NCBI GenBank assembly: GCA_028023455.1
Contig: JAQFVV010000003.1
Location: 13,454,001-13,487,000, forward strand
DNA from: Epiperipatus broadwayi
Lineage: Eukaryota > Animalia > Onychophora
Length of the DNA stretch: 33,000 nucleotides
Reading direction: 5' to 3'
A program made the position numbers and the translations under genes. Below are positions 25,526 through 33,000 of the stretch, one piece after another. Each line of letters starts with the position of its first letter. Within the stretch, counting starts at the first letter, position 1. The notes beneath the pieces are model-generated. The model made no database searches. It was not told the origin of the DNA and was given only the letters and a program-made list of their open reading frames with translations.

Positions 25526-27511
25526 AGTGTTAAAAAACCTTAAATTTAGATTAGCTCAATAAAACTGTTAAATTTTCATTCTGCAACTAGAATGCTTAAG
25601 CATAATATCATCCTAAGCAATTAAACATAGGATTATTTTTTAATGGGATTATTATTATTTTTATTTTAATGGGCATTTTATAGCATAGACAAAAATAAAA
25701 TGTTAGATTCCAACAAATATAGGCAATTTGTCTTACATTTTTTTCTCTCTCTTTTTTAAAACTATGGGTGGGTTTTAATCTGTAGTAGAATGAAGTGGAT
25801 TTTAGTAACACCTTTAATATTGAGTTGAAATACTATCTCATCATTTGACTATTAGTACATCTATCTATCATAGACACAACTTGAAAATTTGAATTTGAGT
25901 TAAAAAAATTTTCAGATAGCTGAGGATTATTTTTAAGCAAGCCTAATATTTTTATCATGTATTCAGACTCATAGACAATCTGCTTAGAGAACAAATTATT
26001 AATTTATAAATGGGTAGGATTCTTAATTGGATTGGCCTAAGGAAGTGTCATTTAAAGCAAAGACACGGTTTTCTTTTATTTTACAATTTGTCAATAAACC
26101 TGTCTCCCTTTACAAATGTTTTCTCTAGTTTATTATTATTTTGTAAGTTTATTTATTTTCTAAATTAAAACACATTCTGTTCGATTTGTCCTTTTTTTTT
26201 TTTAGTATTTCATCATTTTTTAAAAATACTATAACAAAGTTTAATAATTTTTTTTTTGTTGTTGTTGTTGTTATTGCTATAAATGAATTACCTCCGTGAA
26301 AGATTTTCAGCTGTTTAAATACATAGATACAGTTGGGATTCATTTGGAGAGAAAATATTTTATTTGCTTTGGAAAAGAGTACAAAAATTATTGTATGTGA
26401 GCTGGTGAAAGTTTGATGATAACAGGAGAGAAACTTGTGACTGTTCCATTTTGAAATACTCAACCCAGGCGATATGTAAAAAAAAAAAAAGTCAATTCTG
26501 TTACTGCTTTAGTATATTTCTTTATCCGCGCGCTTTTAGGAACTAAAATAAATAAATGCAAGAATAAAAACTATATACGTATTTATAAAAACGCCAATAT
26601 ATATTTTTGTTTATCGTTTATTTGCATTCAAAAGAAAAAAATCGAATAGTTTGTCACTAGGAAGTCATATGATGTTCTAACATCTCAAGTTTCACATTGA
26701 ATAACGATTGTAGATCTTTACCTCTGAAGTATCCTGCTAGTGTACTAAACCACGCAGGGCGTTTGATTGCGGTTACAAAAAGTATTCACCTAATTATATA
26801 TATAACTATTATTCATTTATCTTTTAATTCATGCACCCACATATACATTCATGCACAGCATATTTAAAATAAACTCTGATTTTACTTTTTTTCAATATCC
26901 ACAGATTTAGTCATATAATCAAACATAAGCTATATAGTTGTGGTCATGTCATTATTAAATATTAAACTGACAGGCTGAGCATATCAGTTCCATTCAATTG
27001 ACCGATCAGATTTTTTTAAATTAAACATTTGAATGGTTAATTGCTTAGGAAGTCATGTGATGTTTGAGCTTCAAAGTTACAGGTTGCAGCAAAAAAGTTC
27101 CATTCACTTGCCAAATGGAAGTTGATTTGTTATTTCAGCTAATATCTTGTAAATAGAATTACAGTCTGACATTGCATTAGTAAAATTTATTGATTATTAC
27201 ATAGTTTAACATCTTCCAATATGAAGTATATTACAATATTTCATAAGTGTTAATATGATTATTAAAAGAAATGGATGTAAAATGAATGATTTAATATATC
27301 CACACTCTCATTTTAAGATAATTAAGATTGGCCTATATAAGTGCATTTAGGTTTGAAAATAAGAGGGTCATTCTAAATTTTTCAAAGTTTTATTTGTTGC
27401 TGGAATGAGAATAGTCTCACATTTAACATCACTAATTTAAAATTATGTACAGTGCTAGTGATGAAGGTTTATTGCTTTTAAATATAATAATAATCATTCA
27501 TAACTTTTAGT

Positions 27512-29413
27512 AAATGATTTGCATCTCATTACCTTAGAAGACATTGATCAGAAAATGTTCGCTAGAATCACACTTAAACAGTTAAATATCTATGCTTTAC
27601 CTAAAATTTCCCCTTCACACTTTGCAGTCAAAGGGCAAAAAGCATCTCAAGCAATATTATTAGCACAAGAAGCAATACTTTATATTAAACAAAACAAACT
27701 AACAAACTATGTGGCATGCCAAGTAGACTTTAAGTCTGCCTTTGACATTGTAAATTGGAACTTCTGATTCTCTGTACTTAATCAAATGCTTTCAAATCAT
27801 ACACACCTTGTTACAGCTATTAAAAACTATCTTAACAATAGAATGATTAGACTAAAAAATTACATGAGACTCTCTCAACCGTTTAAGTTCAAGTAGAGGT
27901 ATCCCACAAGGCTCCCCACTTGCATCATTACTTTTTGCGATATACATAGACCCCTTGATTAAGGACATAGAGCAATGCATAGATGGTATTTTTCTTCCAC
28001 ACTTAGGCACAACTGTTAAGATCATTTCATATGTTGATGACATTTTGATAATATTCAGGGACCTGCAAAATATACCTAATAAACTTAAGAAATTTGAAAC
28101 TATAACAGGATCCACAATACAAATAAACAAATCATCCTTATGGCAAATTGCTACAGGTAGCAGTCTTCCCTCATACTTTACAGGTTCATTTTCTTCATTT
28201 CTTGGCATATCTATTAATCTCTCAAAAACACAACTAAGTCATCACTTAAATCTTCTTGTCATAGACAAATTTAATAAAAAAATAAAGTGCTTCAACTCAA
28301 GATTACTGTACCCTATAATATATATAAAGTTCGTATCATCAATGCCATTCTAGGAGGTATTCTTGCCTATTACAGCCCTTGGATGCATCTTCAAAAAAAA
28401 ACTATTAAATATTTCATGAGTATAGCAAAAAAATATATATGGGGATCAACATCACATCTTCTATCAATAGAAAATACCTGTTTTCCAATATACAAGAGTG
28501 GGCTTAACCTAATAGCTCCTCAATCATTCACCTCCTACATTAGAGCTAAGACATACACCGTTACCACTACTAATCCCTTTTTAAGGACAACTCCTCCATC
28601 TCTACTTCTGCTTGCTATTACTCCATATGCGAATCACCACTTTTTCACTGATTATGCCATTGAGCATGCTGATTTACTGGACAATTATAACATTAATACT
28701 CTAATTGGTTTGTCATACAAAGATCTAAAAAAAGATTAATTATCCCGATAGACAACTTTGGTCAACACTATCTACTGCAAGAACACTGACTAAATTTTAA
28801 AATTTGTATGTGCCTCACCCATGGTTAAAATTCCTGTATAATCTGCTACTTGATATAATACCAACAAAGTTATTTCTCATAAATCGATTTAAACTAAACA
28901 TTGATCCTACTTGTATACTATGCAATTTGTTCCCGGAAAATTCATCACATATCTTTGAGACATGTCCATTCTTTTCAACCTTACACCGCTTTTTATTCCA
29001 CAAAGACACAATTAATTTAAAAAATATCCTAATAAATAATATAAAGAAATTAAAACCATTCAATGCCCTTGTAACCATTCACACTCTAAGAACAATATGG
29101 CTTTCCCATTGTGCTGTAATATTTGATAACAAAAAATACAATGTACTTAAAAAAAAAAACAAAGAATGGTATAACATTTATCTTTATGCTCAGAAATATA
29201 TACCTAGTAATGTCACAAGAAAAATATGGCAAAGCAATGTATTCCTTAGTTGCTCATTAATGCCATGATAGTAATAATCTTGTTTTAAATCATTATATTC
29301 TAAAAACATCCTAAGAAATTAAAAATTTTAAAAAAAAAATGTAAAAAGTTCTTAATGTAAATATACTAATTCTTGTAAATATTTTGTTACTAATAAAGTT
29401 AAAAAAAAACAAA
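27512..29413 (+). mobile_element. 5'-truncated L1/Tx1-clade non-LTR retrotransposon (RT, C-terminal zf-RVT, 3' UTR, poly(A))
   Basis: RT motifs VDFKSAFDIVNW (ORF 27519), RGIPQGSPLASLLFAIYIDPL (about 27895-27960), SYVDD (ORF 27955); KYIWG...P...SGLNL (ORF 28287, cf. L1 FIW...P...GGLG); CILCNLFPENSSHIFETC (ORF 28804, zf-RVT). AATAAA at 29392-29397, A-tail 29401-29413, direct repeat AACTTTTAGT at 27502-27511 and 29414-29423. Disabled by a TGA at 27765 and frameshifts. Confidence 0.93.
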
Positions 29414-31053
29414 AACTTTTAGTTCTTGAATCAACTACTATATCATTGCTACAAATCATTTAATCTAGTCAGTGTTAGACTAAACTATTTGGAACAAACC
29501 ACATTCTTTGAGAGACTATTAAAATTTGTCAATAATTACTCAATTCAGTATATACATTGATAGTCTACACAAAGTGGTTGATTAGAAAACAAATTTAATG
29601 TGAATATAAATTTTTAATATTAAATAATAACTTAAATTTCATTTATTTCTATCAATTAAAATCAAAGCTATTAGTAAGATAAAAATATATAAACAATCAT
29701 AAAATGGAAATAAATACAAACCACTATGTTATCTTTTGCTATAATAAACTTAAATTCCTTATCCATGTCAACTAATATTTCTAAGCATTCCAGCTCCAAA
29801 ACATTAATCAAGACTTCATGCTTAGTAAAGTATCAACTTTATAAAAATCTTCCATTTAATGAACAACCAAATGATAAATAAATAACTGAAATATAGCAGA
29901 TAATAGAATATCAATAACTTCACAGTCACTTTAATATAGAGATCATTGTTTATTAGAATGATGTAAATATAAAATAATCAATTAAAATCACATGCTATAA
30001 CTAACAAGATCCTAGATTATTTTCAGGATATTGATCTTTGCCAATGAGGTGCATTGGATTACATACATCTGTTTGCAATCACCCTTACTTTTATTTGCTA
30101 TTCAATTTAACAAATTGCAAGTTTCAAACACCTTAAACTTTTGAAGTCAAATCAACATAATTTTGTAGCTAGATAAACATAAAACTAAATATTTTAATGA
30201 TCTGAGTTATTAAACATTTGATAAAAAGATAATTTATACCAAATGGCAGTGCCAAGCTGATATACTCATTAAAAACTAGTAAAACTTTACAGTAAATCTG
30301 ACTTCTACGAATCAAGACTTATTTAACATATACCACCTGAGGTTCAATAGCTATGCCTGCTTACAATAGATAGCTCCAGAATAGATTGAGAAAGAATAAA
30401 TTACTGCTGTTATTGCAGACGTTAAATGTTAGCTAGGAGAGTTGTGTGATGCTTTGTTTTAATATATATCTTTTCTTTTTTTTTACTAAAGATTAAAAGT
30501 ATATAAAGTTAGCATGTAATCGGGGTCAGTATAAGTGTATATATTTCTGAACAAGTATCAGAATCATGTAATTGTACAAACAGATTAGTTTGGTTTCAAC
30601 ATCTTAAAGTGTTTGAAACCTTTAAGTCATTCCTTTGAATAGCAAAATGGAAGTGAAAGAATAGATATTGGATAAATACATGTAATTCACTGTTATCCAC
30701 TGATAAATCATGTTTGAGATATGATCGGCATGATATCTACTGATTACTCATGCTTCTATAGATTGCTCTAAAGATATTGATGTAGAATGTATTACTGCTG
30801 CTAATATAGATGTTAAATGTAATATTAAAAAATCATGTAAGATTTATTTGATATAATTTATCTCATATTTGGGTCAGGAATCAATGACTAAAATCTGAAT
30901 ACCAGATAAAATATCATTAATCTCAATCTCTATAATTTGGAAAATTCTATTATTCTAATAACACTGTTATGAATCATGGACCAACAAACTTTAGTATTTT
31001 AACATGAGTTACAATTTTCTTAAGTAACATTTTTATTCAATGTTAAATAAACT

Positions 31054-31250
31054 TATCTTAAAAAATATAAACTGTGCGTGTGAGATAATGATCTGGACCA
31101 ACTGATGGGTGCTGATTCAGCATGAAATACATATATTAGTGATTATTTATTTTTTCTACATGTGTGTGGTCATGTGTATCAGTGGTAGATATGAGATACT
31201 GAGGGTAGTTGAAGGGTGCTTGAAAGTCTGAATTCAAATCCCCTATATTT
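31054..31250 (+). mobile_element. Hammerhead-bearing dispersed repeat, copy C
   Basis: 31097-31140 reads ACCAA CUGAUGG GUGCUG AUU CAGCAU GAAA UACAUA UA UUAGU (A9 changed to G); ends GAATTCAAATCCCCTATATTTA like the other copies. Confidence 0.85.
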
Positions 31251-31670
31251 ATCTTAAAAAATAAAATTCAGCTTGTGTATATCAGGATTTATGCAAACAA
31301 AGTCCAGTATAAATAAAGTATAAAAAATAATTTCAAAATGTGATATAAGACAACACAGACCTCAGTCCTTGTTTGTATTGTGTTGTGCATGCATTGTATT
31401 ATAGTTTTTATTTGTTAAAAATAAATGTTCATATTAGTGCAATGAAATGATAAACATGCAGCTGAAGGAAAAATTCAACTTACATAATTAGTGAGTTAAA
31501 ACAATTTAAAGTTGTAATTAAAGCAAAAGATCACAAAATGAATCGCTTACACAAGACGAAAACTTCTGTATTCTTGGTTCAAAATAAATTTTTTAGCACA
31601 CCTTTTAAACAATTTAATAAATTTTATTTTAACCTAATTAAATATATATAATTTTTTCTAAAAAATATTT

Positions 31671-31896
31671 AAATATAGGGAATTTGAACTCAGATCTTCA
31701 AGCACCCTTCAACTATCCACACTATCTCATACAACCGATACACATAACAACACAAATGTAGAAAAGATAAATAATCACCAATGTATGTATTTCATGCTAA
31801 ACCAGCACTCATCAGTTGGTCCAGATTATTATCTCCCATACATATATATAATCAGTGCTCAGTTTATATTAATATAGCAACTCTTTATACTTTAAT
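31671..31896 (-). mobile_element. Hammerhead-bearing dispersed repeat, copy D
   Basis: Minus strand 31777-31820 reads ACCAA CUGAUGA GUGCU GGUUU AGCAU GAAA UACAUA CA UUGGU (core intact except U16.1 changed to C); inverted relative to copies C and E. Confidence 0.88.
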
Positions 31897-31943
31897 GTGA
31901 CTTCAGGTCAACCTGGGCATGGCAATAATATTAACATCAGCAT

Positions 31944-32250
31944 GGGATTTGAGTTTTCATCATCAAATTTTCAATGATATGGATGGCTGAAAAGTTGGAG
32001 GTTGGAGTGGATTAAAACCTGTCGATTAAAGTATAAAGATTTGCTATCTTAATATAAACTGAGCACTGATTATATATATGTGTGGAAGATGATAATCTGG
32101 ACCAACTGATGAGTGCTAGTTTAGTATGAAATACATGTATTGGTGATTATTTATCTTTTCTACATGTGTGAATCATGTGTATTGGTTGTATGAGATAGTG
32201 TGGATAGTTGAAGGATGCTTGAAAATCTGAGTTCAAATCCCCTATACTTA
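31944..32250 (+). mobile_element. Hammerhead-bearing dispersed repeat, copy E (longest)
   Basis: Homologous to A over its whole length and to B, C and D over the 3' two-thirds; bounded by GGGATTTGA (31944-31952) and TCAAATCCC (32233-32241). Confidence 0.88.
32101..32144 (+). ncRNA. Type I hammerhead ribozyme motif with all invariant core nucleotides (copy E)
   Basis: Stem I ACCAA (32101-32105)/UUGGU (32140-32144); CUGAUGA 32106-32112; stem II GUGCUA/UAGUAU with GUU loop; GAAA 32128-32131; one-pair stem III with ACAU loop; GUA triplet, predicted cleavage after A32139. Stem I extends beyond a UGG bulge (GAUAAUC/GAUUAUU). Activity untested. Confidence 0.75.
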
Positions 32251-33000
32251 CAATTAAGCTCTGAGGTTTGTGAAGAGTGCCTGGTTTTCAAATATTAAAA
32301 AAAATATTTAGTAAAATAAAAAAAATTTAACAAGCGCTTGGATGCTGTGTTGATAAAGTTTATAATAAATGCATTTCGAATCAAGCTTAGTGCTTCCAAG
32401 GCCTACTTATGGGTCTCATATTCATAGCACTGAGAGTTAAGTTGGAGGGTGTGTGTATATATATGATAGGTTTATTCAAATGTATTCAAAGTCGCATTTA
32501 CAGTTTCATAAGAAAAGTCATTACTTTAATTAATTAAAATTAAAAAAAGGTTGTGTGGATAACATTTAGTACTAAGTCAGTCTGTAGCATAAAATACACA
32601 ACAGTTTTTTAAAAATAGATTGCTAAATTTAAAAAAAAAACGATGAAGGAAATCAACTGATCAGCAATTTTTTTATTAAAGCAACAAAATATCACATGTT
32701 CCCTGCTTACAACTTACTTCTAAGTAGATTTCTCCTACTCCAATTTTTCCAATAAATTTAGATCCAAAACTTATCACTGGTGAAAGCCATAAGCTAAAAA
32801 GTAGTTTGGGGATATGAATAGAAAAGCACAAGAAAGGAATTTATTAAATACTACTATCTAATATTTATTGAATACTCAAGCTTTCACAAAGTGTAAGAGA
32901 AACTAGGGAAAATAGATTTGCTACTTAAATTTGTAGTTTTTTGTTTTTAGTTTCAGAAAGAAATTTATTATATTTACAATGATTAAACAGTTTTGCTTTG

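Noticed and set aside
27852-29078. Minus-strand ORFs 27852-28208 and 28815-29078
   Set aside because: Antisense frames of the L1/Tx1 ORF2.
32332-32360. KRLDAVLIK, resembling the Tc1/mariner C-terminal RLxAVI motif
   Set aside because: Nine residues with no DDE domain or TIR nearby.

Overview
Very AT-rich, CpG-poor eukaryotic DNA, most likely an intergenic or intronic stretch of an invertebrate genome (inference from composition and repeat content). No intact host gene can be supported. The window is a transposon graveyard: a 5'-truncated L1/Tx1-clade LINE with poly(A) tail and 10-bp target-site duplication (27512-29413), a decayed hAT transposase (about 11028-13260), two RTE-clade LINE relics, two MITE-like inverted-repeat elements, several tRNA-derived SINE heads and a perfect (TAT)108 tract. 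The main finding is RNA-level. A dispersed ~300-bp repeat present in five copies (8288-8570 -, 8713-8911 -, 31054-31250 +, 31671-31896 -, 31944-32250 +) carries a type I hammerhead ribozyme fold (ACCAA-CUGAUGA-stem II-GAAA-UACGUA-UA/UUGGU consensus) with a minimal palindromic stem III, followed by a Pol III B-box-like motif. A second, unrelated tRNA-headed SINE (13421-13572 -) carries a decayed Penelope-style CUGAAGA...GAAAC hammerhead core. All alignments and folds were done by eye and need computational and experimental confirmation.
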